Below, piece by piece: positions 1 through 9,457 of a stretch of DNA of 64,000 bases. This stretch comes from Syntrophorhabdaceae bacterium. GTDB taxonomy: Bacteria > Desulfobacterota > Syntrophorhabdia > Syntrophorhabdales > Syntrophorhabdaceae. Below the pieces are notes generated by a model, which was given only the letters and a program-made list of their open reading frames with translations, made no database searches and was not told the origin of the DNA. Where the stretch lies: the NCBI GenBank assembly GCA_963665295.1, contig OY762209.1:2016001-2080000 (forward strand), given 5' to 3'. Made by a program: the position numbers and the translations under genes. Each line of letters opens with the position of its first letter. The stretch's first letter is position 1.

Positions 1-936
1 GGTCTTCTGCCAGATGGGCAGGTTTATGGTGGCCGTCAGGTTCCACATGTCCATAAGTCCCTGGGTACGGGGAAAATAGCTCGCCCCGATAGTGACGTCG
101 GGATAGTACTCCTTTTTCACCATCTTCACCTTCGCCTCCGCGGCCTTGAGCATCTTCTCCTTCGATTTCACCTCCGGCGACTGTGTTTTGGCCAAGGAGA
201 GAAGTTCGTCGAGGGGGAGGTCGAAACGGGTGAGAGGCATGTCCGCGGGCCTCCCGAGGGGGCTCGTCACCGGCCTTCCCACCAGGGAGTTGAGCATGCC
301 CTTCAGGCTCTCCACCTTCTGTTTTTGCATCTCTTCTTTCTCAAGGAGCATGTACTTCTCCGTCTGGGCCATGAGTACTTCCTGCTGCGAGCCCGTGCCC
401 GATGCGTAGCGCGACTGGGCCGCTTCCTCGACCCTCGCGAAGAGGTCCGTCCTGTCCTTCAGGATGTCGATGATCTTGTAAGCCAGGAAGAGCTCGTAGT
501 AGACTTCCTTCACCCGTGAGGCGAGGCGGTGCTTTGCCGCCTCCCTGAGGGCGGCGATCCCCTCGGCGTCCCACTTCGCCATTTCCTCCTTGATCGACCG
601 TTTTCCCGGAAAATAGAACATCTGGGAGAGGCTGAACATGCCCATGGCCTGGGTCTCTTCCCCGATGGTTATTCGCTGGAACCCCTCATTCTGGTACCCG
701 AACATGAACATGGGGTCAGGGAGACTTCCCGCCTGGGGTATCCTGTACCGGGCCGCTTCCGTCCTTGAGGCGATAGCCCGGATGTCGGGGCTATTCTTCA
801 TTGCCTCGTCGACGAGCTCCCGCAGATTGATCATATCCTCCGCAACAGCAGGACTCCATAAAAAGAAGAGCGAAAAGATAAGGAGAGCGACGGCCACACC
901 TGCATAGGGTATTCTCTTCCTAATTGCTGATTTCAA
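1..936 (-). CDS. TolC-family outer-membrane efflux protein, probably CusC/CzcC-like; runs off the window edge
   Basis: Manual translation from TTG at 936 (GGAGG SD upstream): signal peptide, then LRELVDEAMKNSPDI...QAGSLPDPMFMFG...SLSQMFYFPGKR, a typical OEP N-terminus. Absent from the ORF track because there is no stop in the window. Confidence 0.85.
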   Translation of the reverse strand, partial: MKSAIRKRIPYAGVAVALLIFSLFFLWSPAVAEDMINLRELVDEAMKNSPDIRAIASRTEAARYRIPQAGSLPDPMFMFGYQNEGFQRITIGEETQAMGMFSLSQMFYFPGKRSIKEEMAKWDAEGIAALREAAKHRLASRVKEVYYELFLAYKIIDILKDRTDLFARVEEAAQSRYASGTGSQQEVLMAQTEKYMLLEKEEMQKQKVESLKGMLNSLVGRPVTSPLGRPADMPLTRFDLPLDELLSLAKTQSPEVKSKEKMLKAAEAKVKMVKKEYYPDVTIGASYFPRTQGLMDMWNLTATINLPIWQKT

Positions 937-1044
937 AGCCTACCTCCATAGCGACATTCCGTTTTGTCAATTCCTCACGAGCGGCATCCCCGCCGCGGCC
1001 ATCTCTGTGCCGATGGTTCCACGGAAACTCGTCCCCGAGCCGCT

Positions 1045-1434
1045 CTACTTGGCGTCCACGGTGAATTTCGCCGATGCCGTCTTCCCGTCACGGGTTACCT
1101 TTACTTCATTGTTCCACGACCCCGGCATCGAGTAATTCACCTTGGTCTTATAGATCCCCCCGGACGGCTGGGCGTCGGCCTTGTAGCTCATTGCCGGCAT
1201 ACCGGCCATGGCGGGCATGGAATAGGTGAGAGTTACCTTAGCGTCGGACACTACCTTTCCCGAGGCGTCCGTGATGGCGATCTCCACGTTATTGGGCCCC
1301 GCCACGGGTGGGTTCTTGTCGATCTTTATGACCACGTTGTAATCGCCCGCCTTCTTGTTTACCTCATAGTTCTTCGCGTATGCGACACCAGTGAGGAGGG
1401 CCAGTGCCAGCACCAGAATGGACAATGTTTTCAT
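1045..1434 (-). CDS. FixH/YtkA-like secreted Met-rich protein of metal-efflux operons
   Basis: MKTLSILVLALALLTGVAYA signal peptide; YSMPAMAGMPAM and SMPGSW motifs; directly upstream of the TolC gene. Confidence 0.75.
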   Translation of the reverse strand: MKTLSILVLALALLTGVAYAKNYEVNKKAGDYNVVIKIDKNPPVAGPNNVEIAITDASGKVVSDAKVTLTYSMPAMAGMPAMSYKADAQPSGGIYKTKVNYSMPGSWNNEVKVTRDGKTASAKFTVDAK

Positions 1435-1499
1435 ATCCTTCCCCTTTCTTGTTTGATTAATTAATATAAGTATATGCATCTGTCGTCGTTCAGCAACCG

Positions 1500-2066
1500 T
1501 TAACCACCCCCGTCCGCCACCTTCAGAACCCGGCACGCGTAGGCCGTGTACTCCGGGTTATGGGTCACCATCACGACGGTAACCCCATTGGCATTAAGGT
1601 CCCCGATGAGCCCCATGATCTCTTTCCCGGTCCTGGAATCGAGGTTTCCGGTGGGCTCGTCGGCAAGGAGTATGGCGGGCTGGTTGACGATGGCCCGTGC
1701 AATGGCCACCCGCTCCTGCTCGCCCCCGGAAATCTGGTTCGGGAGCCTCGCTGCCTTACCCGATAACCCCACCCTCTCAAGCGCCCCGAGGGCGGACTCC
1801 TGTTTTGCCCTCCTCGGGGCTTTCAGGGTCGCCATGGGCACCATCACATTTTCCGCAAGGGTGAGATAGGGGATGAGATTGAAGTTATGAAAGACGAACC
1901 CTACCGATTCCCTCCTGAAATCGGAGCGCTTCTCCTGGCCCAGCGAATAGACATCAATGCCGTCCACCGTCAGCCTCCCCGTGGTGGGACTGTTCAAGGC
2001 CCCCACGATGGAGAGGAGGGTCGATTTCCCCGAGCCGGACTCGCCGACGATGGCGACAAATTCACT
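1500..2066 (-). pseudogene. 5'-truncated LolD/MacB-type ABC transporter ATPase
   Basis: Walker A GESGSGKST, signature ISGGEQERVAIARA, Walker B ILLADEPTGNLD and H-loop VTHN are present. Sequence upstream of EFVAIVG is unrelated to the family N-terminus. Confidence 0.75.
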
Positions 2067-2140
2067 CCCACGGCAGGATCGGAAACGGGGCAAGGAAAGT
2101 GCTCTCCGGTGAAGACCTTCAGGCCACGTGTTACCGGTCC

Positions 2141-2430
2141 GACTCACTGTCGGATAAGATGGTCCAAAAGATAACCTGGGTCCTCAAGCTGGTATAGGAC
2201 CTGGAGATGGTTCCCTCCACCTATTTCAAGAAACTTGAGGCACTGATGATATATGGGAGTGCAGGATACAATTCGGCTCCCGGACTTAAAGGTTTCTCGG
2301 TTTCTTTTTCAAAAACTCTCTTATCATCCTTACCCATGGTTATTCGAAGAGGAGCCGGAAAACGCCGAGGAATGAAATAGAGCGTGCGGAGGCTTACAGG
2401 AAAGATTTCATGAGGAGGAATGCGCCATGA
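2141..2430 (+). pseudogene. Inactivated RelE/HigB-like (Gp49/DUF891-type) toxin
   Basis: Manual translation DSLSDKMVQKITWVLKLV*DLEMVPSTYFKKLE / GTDDIWECRIQFGSRT*RFLGFFFKNSLIILTHGYSKRSRKTPRNEIERAEAYRKDF. Stops at 2195 and 2287, a frameshift near 2238, N-terminus missing; ATGA overlap with the antitoxin. Confidence 0.8.
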
Positions 2431-2702
2431 GCGACTTAGACAACTATATCGAGAAGAGAAAGAAAACGGATAAGAGGTTCGCCGAAGGATTCGACGAGGG
2501 ATATGAGCAGTTCAAGATCGGAGAGATTCTCAGACAGGCCCGTGAGGCGGCCGGTCTGACCCAGGAAGAGCTGACGAGCCGGGTCCACACGAAAAAGACC
2601 GCTATATCGAGGATCGAGAACCACGCAGAGGATATCAAGATATGGACTTTGAAGCGCGTCGCAAAGGCCCTGGGCAAACGTCTTGAGATCAATCTGATAT
2701 AA
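2427..2702 (+). CDS. XRE-family HTH antitoxin (HigA-like)
   Basis: LRQAREAAGLTQEEL...TKKTAISRIEN HTH; coupled to the upstream toxin remnant. Confidence 0.85.
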   Translation: MSDLDNYIEKRKKTDKRFAEGFDEGYEQFKIGEILRQAREAAGLTQEELTSRVHTKKTAISRIENHAEDIKIWTLKRVAKALGKRLEINLI

Positions 2703-2958
2703 AAACCACCCGGGCCTTTCGGCTGCATAGCCTTTCTAAAGGTGACCACGTGGAATACCGCTAGTCCCAGTCCGATGTGCCAAGCCTGGATTTCACGGGG
2801 TAACGGACGGAAATGATGATTCCGGGTTATGAACCAGTAGTTTTGCGCCTGAAACCTTCCCTTCCTTGAACTGCCGAGGATTCCCCGGCAGTGGATACCC
2901 CTTCCGACTCGTCTTCCGTCCTGGAATATGCTACGGATGTGCCGACCGATCATGCATC

Positions 2959-2987
2959 TTGACAGATATGCATTACTAGATCATACT
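2959..2987 (+). promoter_or_regulatory. sigma70 promoter of vapBC with overlapping ATGCAT operator-like palindromes
   Basis: TTGACA-17 nt-CATACT; three ATGCAT palindromes flank or overlap it. Confidence 0.65.
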
Positions 2988-3014
2988 TATGCATATGAAT
3001 TGCTGAGGTGATCC

Positions 3015-3206
3015 ATGAGAACAACGCTCAATATAGAAGACGATCTCATCGCCAAGGCGTCCAGCCTGACAGGGATCAAGGAAAAGACGTCGCTGGTCAG
3101 ACTCGGGCTGGAGGCTTTAATCGCAAGAGAAAGCGCGAAAAGGCTCGCCAAGCTGGGCGGAACGGAGAAGCAGTTGAAGCCTGTACGAAGAAGGACGTTG
3201 CCCTGA
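3015..3206 (+). CDS. vapB: VapB-type ribbon-helix-helix antitoxin
   Basis: MRTTLNIEDDLIAKA N-terminus; GAGGTGA SD; precedes a PIN-domain gene. Confidence 0.85.
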   Translation: MRTTLNIEDDLIAKASSLTGIKEKTSLVRLGLEALIARESAKRLAKLGGTEKQLKPVRRRTLP

Positions 3207-3210
3207 AGAT

Positions 3211-3585
3211 ATGGTCCTCGTCGATACTTCGATCTGGATATCCCACCTCCGTGAAGGCAACAACGAGCTCGCCGCCCTGCTCAACGATGGAGAGGTCGTG
3301 TGTCATCCTTTCATCGTGGGGGAGATCGCCTGCGGAAATCTTAAAAACAGAACGACAATACTTTCGCTCCTCCAAGCCCTTCCTATGGCCCTGGTAGGGG
3401 AGCACAAAGAGGTGCTCTCATTCATTGAAGATAATGACCTCATGGGGAAGGGATTAGGCTACGTCGATGTTCATCTCCTTGTCTCCGCCGCTTTGACGGG
3501 GGTTTCAGTCTGGACATTAGACAAGAGGCTGCGACAGGCCTCCGGACTATTGAATCTGGAGCACCAACAGAAAGAGTCGCGATGA
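3211..3585 (+). CDS. vapC: VapC PIN-domain toxin
   Basis: MVLVDTSIWI, HPFIVGEIACG, GLGYVDVHLL and WTLDKRL PIN motifs. Confidence 0.9.
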   Translation: MVLVDTSIWISHLREGNNELAALLNDGEVVCHPFIVGEIACGNLKNRTTILSLLQALPMALVGEHKEVLSFIEDNDLMGKGLGYVDVHLLVSAALTGVSVWTLDKRLRQASGLLNLEHQQKESR

Positions 3586-4175
3586 CGGGTAGCGGGCACC
3601 ATATTCCTTCCTTCAGTGCACACAAAGGGGGTGAGCGTGAGATATTCGTAACCCTGGAGATCCGTGAGGCGTTGCCCCGGATAGTCGAATATAATAAAGG
3701 GTACTCGAAATAAGCCATAGTACATACGGCAGCAATTGCGGGACGTAGCGGCAATAGGAGGCCGGCTTTACACCGCGAGCCACGGCCATACAGGCTGCCC
3801 AGCGGAAACTCAGGGAGCGCCGGCGAGCAGGGTTGGGTGAAGTCGAGGCGAAGTTGAGAGCGGCCTGTCTCTGCATGAAAAGGTGCCTGAGACGGCCCGC
3901 ATCCTTGGTCTTCCCGTTGCCATAGGGTATTACACTATGGCAATAATAGACGAAGGCCCGCCTGATAAAATAGGGTTTCCCTGATTGTATAGTGTCCACT
4001 TATCTGATTCTCTATACAGGTTGAGGTGGCCTCGATACATTCTGAAAAAAGTGTGGTTTCCCGATGGTGGAAACTTTGGGATGCACAGGGGCCGCCGCCG
4101 CGACGTGACGGGGATGACCTGATTCCGCAATCCTCTCCGGCACGATACTCTCATATCGAAAGGACGCAGCTTACA

Positions 4176-7100
4176 ATGAAAAATCCAAAGATTGCAGACA
4201 TCGACAAAGTCCTCATTATCGGATCCGGCCCCATCATCATCGGCCAGGCATGTGAATTCGACTATTCGGGCACCCAGGCGTGCAAGGCCCTCCGGGCCGC
4301 AGGCTACACCATCGTTCTCGTCAACTCCAATCCTGCAACGATCATGACCGACCCGGGCATGGCGGACGTGACCTATATCGAGCCGCTCACCGTGGAGGTC
4401 CTGGAGAAGATCATCGAGCGGGAGAAGCCGGACGGGCTCCTCCCGAACTTGGGCGGCCAGACAGGGCTCAACCTCGCGTCCGAGCTTTCGAAGCGCGGCA
4501 TCCTCGAAAAACACGGCGTCCGGATAATAGGGGTCCAGGCGGATGCCATAGAGCGGGGCGAAGACCGGAGCGAATTCAAGAAGACCATGAACGCCCTGGG
4601 TATCGACATGCCCGAGAGCGCCCTTGCCTATTCTCTGGACGAAGCCCTCGCGATTGCGGGACGGCTCGGTTATCCCGTGGTGGTGAGGCCCGCCTACACC
4701 CTGGGAGGCACGGGGGGCGGCATCGCCTACAACCAGGAAGAGTTGAGGACGATCGCGGGCAGGGGAATCGCGGCCAGCATCATCGGGCAAGTGCTCATCG
4801 AAGAATCGGTCCTGGGCTGGGAGGAGCTCGAGTTGGAGGTCGTCCGGGATGCCGATAACAGGATGATCACCGTCTGCTTCATCGAAAACATCGACCCCAT
4901 GGGCGTCCACACGGGAGATTCATTCTGTTCGGCACCCATGCTCACCATCTCGGAAGACCTCCAAAAGAGGCTTCAGGAATACTCCTACCGCATCGTGGAG
5001 GCCATCAAGGTAATCGGGGGGACGAACATACAATTCGCCCACAACCCGGAGAACGACAGGATCGTGGTTATCGAGATAAACCCCAGGACGTCCCGCTCCT
5101 CGGCCCTCGCGTCCAAGGCCACGGGATTCCCCATAGCCCTTATCTCGGCGAAGCTGGCCGGGGGGTACACGCTGAAGGATATCCCCTATTACCGGGGAGG
5201 TACCCTCGACCAATACACTCCGTCGGGGGATTACGTGGTGATCAAGTTCGCCCGCTGGGCATTCGAGAAATTCAGGGAGGCGAAGGACAGGCTGGGGACC
5301 CAGATGAAGGCGGTAGGTGAGGTAATGAGCATCGGAAAAACCTACAAGGAGGCATTTCAGAAGGCCATAAGGTCACTGGAGATAAAGAGGTACGGTCTCG
5401 GGTTTGCGGCCAATTTCCACGACCTGCCCCTCGAGGACCTCCTGAGGCTTCTCGCCGAGCCGACGTCTGAGCGGCAGTTCATCATGTACGAGGCACTGAG
5501 GAAAGGGGCGTCCGTGGAGAACCTCTACCGCCTGACGAAGATAAAGCGCTGGTTCATCGAGCAGATGAAGGAACTGGTGGAGCTGGAGGAGGCGATCCTC
5601 AAATACAAGGGGAAGAAGGTACCCGACGACCTGCTCGTGAAGGCCAAGGAAGACGGCTTTTCCGACCGGTACCTTGCTGCCATACTCGATCTGCCCGAAT
5701 CAGATATCCGGGAGCGCCGGATCCGCCTCGGAAAACCCGAAGCATGGTGCACCGTGCCGGTGAGCGGGGCCGATGCGGCGTACTATTACTCCACGTACAA
5801 TGCGAAGGACGAGGTGTCCGTGAGTGACAGGAAGAAGGTTATGATCCTGGGCGGCGGTCCGAACAGGATCGGCCAGGGCATCGAATTCGATTATACCTGC
5901 GTCCATGCGGCCTTCACTCTTCGCGAGATGGGATACGAGTCCATCATGGTGAACTGCAATCCCGAGACCGTATCCACGGATTACGATACGTCGGACAAAC
6001 TCTATTTCGAGCCCCTGACCGTGGAGGACGTTCTCAGCATCTATCAGAAAGAGAAGCCTATCGGGGCGATAGTCCAGTTCGGCGGGCAGACTCCTCTCAA
6101 TATCGCCAAGGAACTCGAAGATGCGGGCTTGACCATACTCGGCACCTCTCCTGAAAGCATCGACCTCGCAGAGGACCGGAAGCGGTTCAGCCAGGTGGTG
6201 AAGAAGCTCGGCATTCCCCAGCCTGAAAGCGGGACTGCCACGACTCTCGAAGAGGCTCTCGTGGTGGCAGGGCGTATCGGCTACCCCCTCATGGTGCGTC
6301 CTTCCTACGTCCTGGGCGGAAGGGGCATGGAGGTGGTCTTCGACGACGCCACCCTGACGGCCTACGTGAATGCCGCGGTCGATATATCACCGGGCCGTCC
6401 CATACTGATCGACAAGTTCCTCGAAAATGCGATAGAGGCGGAGGCTGATGCCGTGGCCGACGGGGAGGATGCCTTCGTGCCCTCCATCATGGAGCACATA
6501 GAGCTTGCAGGGATTCACTCCGGGGACAGCGCGTGCGCCATCCCTCCCAGGACCATCCCGGAGAAGCACAGGGCAACCATAGACCTCTACACGAAGAAGC
6601 TGGCGATCGAGCTTAAAGTCATCGGCCTCATGAATATCCAGTATGCCATCGCGGAGGACACCGTGTACATCCTCGAGGCAAATCCGCGGGCAAGCCGCAC
6701 GGTCCCCATCGTCTCCAAGGTTACGGGGGTCCAGATGGCGAGGATCGCCACCAGACTTATGCTCGGCGAAAAGCTCGCCGACATGAATCTCTCGCAAAAG
6801 CGCTATTCCCATGTGGGTATCAAGGAATCCGTATTCCCCTTCAACATGTTCCCCGAAGTAGATCCAACCCTTGGCCCGGAGATGAAATCAACGGGAGAGG
6901 CCCTTGGCATGGCCCCCTCCTTCGGCCTGGCCTTCTTCAAATCGCAGGAAGCGGCAGGCCAGAGGCTCCCCGAAAAGGGAACGGTCCTCATCTCGGTGAC
7001 GCCGAAAGACCGCCCCGAGATCCTGCCGGTGGCCAAATCTCTCAGGGAACTGGGGTTTGCCATAGTAGCTACGGAAGGCACCCACAAGTTCCTGGCCGAA

Positions 7101-7385
7101 AACGGTGTGGTATCAAGCGCCATCAGCAAGGTCCACGAGGGGAGGCCGAATATAGTGGATGCAATTCACAACCGCGAGATACAACTGATCATCAACACTC
7201 CGACGGGCAAGAACAGTGTCCATGACGATTCCTATATCCGCAAAACGGCGATCAAGTACAAGATCCCCCATATAACGACTACGGCGGCGGCCACGGCCGC
7301 GGCGGAAGGCATCAAGGCATATATCGCCGACAACCGCAGCACCGGCGTCAAATCGCTGCAGGAGTATCACCGGGAGATAGACTAG
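4176..7385 (+). CDS. carB: Carbamoyl-phosphate synthase large subunit
   Basis: GSGPIIIGQACEFDYSG, NSNPATIMTDP, GVHTGDS, second half GGGPNRIGQGIEFDY, C-terminal MGS domain. Start moved to ATG 4176 (AAGGA SD). Confidence 0.97.
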   Translation: MKNPKIADIDKVLIIGSGPIIIGQACEFDYSGTQACKALRAAGYTIVLVNSNPATIMTDPGMADVTYIEPLTVEVLEKIIEREKPDGLLPNLGGQTGLNLASELSKRGILEKHGVRIIGVQADAIERGEDRSEFKKTMNALGIDMPESALAYSLDEALAIAGRLGYPVVVRPAYTLGGTGGGIAYNQEELRTIAGRGIAASIIGQVLIEESVLGWEELELEVVRDADNRMITVCFIENIDPMGVHTGDSFCSAPMLTISEDLQKRLQEYSYRIVEAIKVIGGTNIQFAHNPENDRIVVIEINPRTSRSSALASKATGFPIALISAKLAGGYTLKDIPYYRGGTLDQYTPSGDYVVIKFARWAFEKFREAKDRLGTQMKAVGEVMSIGKTYKEAFQKAIRSLEIKRYGLGFAANFHDLPLEDLLRLLAEPTSERQFIMYEALRKGASVENLYRLTKIKRWFIEQMKELVELEEAILKYKGKKVPDDLLVKAKEDGFSDRYLAAILDLPESDIRERRIRLGKPEAWCTVPVSGADAAYYYSTYNAKDEVSVSDRKKVMILGGGPNRIGQGIEFDYTCVHAAFTLREMGYESIMVNCNPETVSTDYDTSDKLYFEPLTVEDVLSIYQKEKPIGAIVQFGGQTPLNIAKELEDAGLTILGTSPESIDLAEDRKRFSQVVKKLGIPQPESGTATTLEEALVVAGRIGYPLMVRPSYVLGGRGMEVVFDDATLTAYVNAAVDISPGRPILIDKFLENAIEAEADAVADGEDAFVPSIMEHIELAGIHSGDSACAIPPRTIPEKHRATIDLYTKKLAIELKVIGLMNIQYAIAEDTVYILEANPRASRTVPIVSKVTGVQMARIATRLMLGEKLADMNLSQKRYSHVGIKESVFPFNMFPEVDPTLGPEMKSTGEALGMAPSFGLAFFKSQEAAGQRLPEKGTVLISVTPKDRPEILPVAKSLRELGFAIVATEGTHKFLAENGVVSSAISKVHEGRPNIVDAIHNREIQLIINTPTGKNSVHDDSYIRKTAIKYKIPHITTTAAATAAAEGIKAYIADNRSTGVKSLQEYHREID

Positions 7386-7392
7386 GAGAGAA

Positions 7393-7416
7393 GCGGCCCC
7401 CCGACCAAGGGGCCGC
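7393..7416 (+). terminator. Hairpin after carB, probable terminator
   Basis: GCGGCCCC-8 nt-GGGGCCGC just after the stop; the U-tract is weak. Confidence 0.5.
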
Positions 7417-7615
7417 CCCCCCCATTTTCCGCCCTTCTTTCTCTTATCGGGGCGAAGGCACATGACCATATTATCCCGGACGGGCAGGCCACCGGCAAGG
7501 GCTTGGTCTCCACTACACCTGATTTTAACCGGCAGCTATTGTCATCATTAAGCTTTTAGAGCAAAAGTTAATGATTTTTCCTGAAAACGGGGGCAAACTG
7601 CGAAAGATGGGTTAG

Positions 7616-7642
7616 TGGCGGAAGTGCATAGGAATCGAACCC
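7616..7642 (-). repeat. att-like duplicate of the tRNA-Sec 3' end
   Basis: TGGCGGAAGTGCATAGGAATCGAACCC matches 22032-22058 at 26 of 27 positions. Confidence 0.92.
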
Positions 7643-7810
7643 CTACGCCTGCTCATAACGTGTTAATATCATTTAGAAAAATAGCGGACGCAACAAGCTA
7701 CGGAGCTTTTCCGGAACTATGTGACAGAGGACATAAGGAAGGACTCCCTGACCCGATGGGCGAATCCGGGAGGTAAGACGGGGAGGCAGGAAGCGTTTTG
7801 GTGTGAAAGG

Positions 7811-8188
7811 CTATTCTTTTATAAACCTCTCAAACGGGACGCCAAGGAGCGCTGAAAGTTTCCTGGCCATTCTCAGGCTGATGGACCGGCGTCCCTGTTC
7901 CATGTTGGAAATATGCTGCCGGGGAATTCCTCCAAGGGCCTCGCCCAATTGCACCTGCGTCAGCTTCTTGTTCTCGCGATAAATACGCAGGTATGTGCCT
8001 GGCGTCATCCTTTCCCTAACCCCCTTGTACCACTGCGTCTCAAAGACATCGACAAGGTCATCCGCGTCGTCCTCGACAAGGTCAAGATCCTGGCCGTATT
8101 CTTCCTTTAAGACATCTATCAGCTTCGGCGGGATCGCCACACCTTTGATGCTGATCTCGATATGGGGCGTTTTCACGACTGCCTGCAT
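7811..8188 (-). CDS. XRE-family HTH antitoxin
   Basis: C-terminal LRIYRENKKLTQVQLGEALGGIPRQHISNMEQGRRSIS HTH; start overlaps the 3' part of the upstream toxin-like frame. Confidence 0.85.
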   Translation of the reverse strand: MQAVVKTPHIEISIKGVAIPPKLIDVLKEEYGQDLDLVEDDADDLVDVFETQWYKGVRERMTPGTYLRIYRENKKLTQVQLGEALGGIPRQHISNMEQGRRSISLRMARKLSALLGVPFERFIKE

Positions 8189-8420
8189 AATACACCTCTA
8201 TGATTAATGATCTATTCTCGCAATACCATCATGCAACCCATTTTCTGGCAAAGTGGCAATGATATGAATCCTTGCCGATCTTGCTGTAATTCGGCCATCC
8301 CGGTTGGACAGGACCGTTATCTCTCAAATCTTCTATCAGCGCCACCAGACTTTCCTGAACGGAAGCAGGCATTTTTTCTGCTTCCTTGAGAACCTTCCTT
8401 TTTACTGCAACACTGAACAT
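8157..8420 (-). pseudogene. RelE/HigB-like toxin interrupted by an in-frame TGA
   Basis: ...YHCHFARKWVA[TGA 8231-8229]WYCENRSLIIEVYYAGSRENAPY; the RelE-like C-terminal strand continues past the stop. Confidence 0.7.
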
Positions 8421-8425
8421 ATTAT

Positions 8426-8454
8426 ATTGTAATCAATTATAGGTTACATGGCAA
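8426..8454 (-). promoter_or_regulatory. sigma70 promoter with palindromic operator, near-leaderless toxin transcript
   Basis: TTGCCA-17 nt-TACAAT, 5 nt before the ATG; TGTAA...TTACA inverted repeat overlaps it. Confidence 0.55.
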
Positions 8455-8477
8455 GGTTCGATCAGACGAGCCTACAA

Positions 8478-9350
8478 TCAATCAGCCAAATCCGGCAATA
8501 ACAACGGATGTTTGTCTTTTTCGGGCCAATCATCAAATCGCCAAAATTCCTTCTGTGTCCGATTCTCCCGTGCTTGATCAAGGGAAACAATTTTTACATA
8601 CTTCAAGTTTTCTCTCCAGTAATACGAATATGGTTTTTCCCTTCCGTTGCGGGAATAAGGAACAAGCCCGACCTGATTGCGCACGTACGCATCTGTCAAT
8701 TTCTTTTGTAGCCAAACGATATCCTTGTTTCTGTTTACGAATACGTGAATTCTGCTCTCAAAAATTAGACGATTTGTTCCTGAATATCGATTAGGGCCAA
8801 GATAGAAAAGTGGTTCGGAGCTGATGATGGAGGAATTTGCAGGCCAACGCCATTCTCGCTCATGCGTCCAATCCTTAGGGTTATCTTCGGTCGGTACAAA
8901 AACAACATATCGGTACTGCAAATCTATGGGTAAATCTTCCGGACGGAGTAGACGCTTTTGTGGCTCATATTCTTGATCATTTGCGCCCAATTCCTCTGCA
9001 TGACGCAGCCCATAAATAACGGGCAATCCGCCTGCCGCATATACATCGCGCTTATCTATAAGAATCCCATATCCCGACATAGCTTCCTGATCATTCCTAT
9101 CATGAAGGTATTGAGTAAACGCATTAAGGGGCTGCTCGGAAAAGCAGACTGCAGGATGAGGCCCATATATAGTGGGTCTCAATGTCCTAGGTTGACCGAC
9201 TCTTCGCTTTGCAAATCCCGGTCGGAGTACTCCCTCTTTGAGGATATTATGTAGCACATCCCGCGCATTAAGCTGTTCCGTTTCCCGAGTAAAGTGAAGA
9301 AGCCAGCAGGTCATATCCTGACGATTCCGAAGAAGGCTTTCAATACTCAT
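8478..9350 (-). CDS. AbiGi/DUF4427-like protein, ADP-ribosyltransferase-like fold
   Basis: LLHFTR, AVCFSEQPL, GYGI, GGLPVIYG and DWTHEREWRW motifs. Confidence 0.65.
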   Translation of the reverse strand: MSIESLLRNRQDMTCWLLHFTRETEQLNARDVLHNILKEGVLRPGFAKRRVGQPRTLRPTIYGPHPAVCFSEQPLNAFTQYLHDRNDQEAMSGYGILIDKRDVYAAGGLPVIYGLRHAEELGANDQEYEPQKRLLRPEDLPIDLQYRYVVFVPTEDNPKDWTHEREWRWPANSSIISSEPLFYLGPNRYSGTNRLIFESRIHVFVNRNKDIVWLQKKLTDAYVRNQVGLVPYSRNGREKPYSYYWRENLKYVKIVSLDQARENRTQKEFWRFDDWPEKDKHPLLLPDLAD

Positions 9351-9457
9351 TTGGCACCATTCACGGCGTTATTCTTCATGTATCTACACTATATACATCA
9401 CAGAATATGATCCTTATCGCATTGACCGAGAGAAATCGTAAATCCGGCATCGATAGA

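Noticed and set aside
2195..2289. Stop-codon recoding in the first toxin gene
   Set aside because: TAG, TAA, a frameshift and a truncation together indicate ordinary pseudogenisation.
3586..4025. Possible small genes or a leader RNA between vapC and carB
   Set aside because: The short ORFs have no recognisable motifs, and I could not identify a PyrR or riboswitch structure.
4026..4175. 50-aa N-terminal extension of CarB in the ORF track
   Set aside because: Family similarity starts at MKNPKIADIDKVL, and an SD precedes ATG 4176.
7616..7642. Second tRNA gene
   Set aside because: Only the 3' 27 nt are present; there is no anticodon arm or D arm.
7591..7705. GGCAAAC...GAAA...GGG and GGACGCAA...GCTACGG pieces resembling a c-di-GMP-I riboswitch
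   Set aside because: The P2 stem does not pair, the pieces are about 70 bp apart across the att site, and no co-oriented gene follows.
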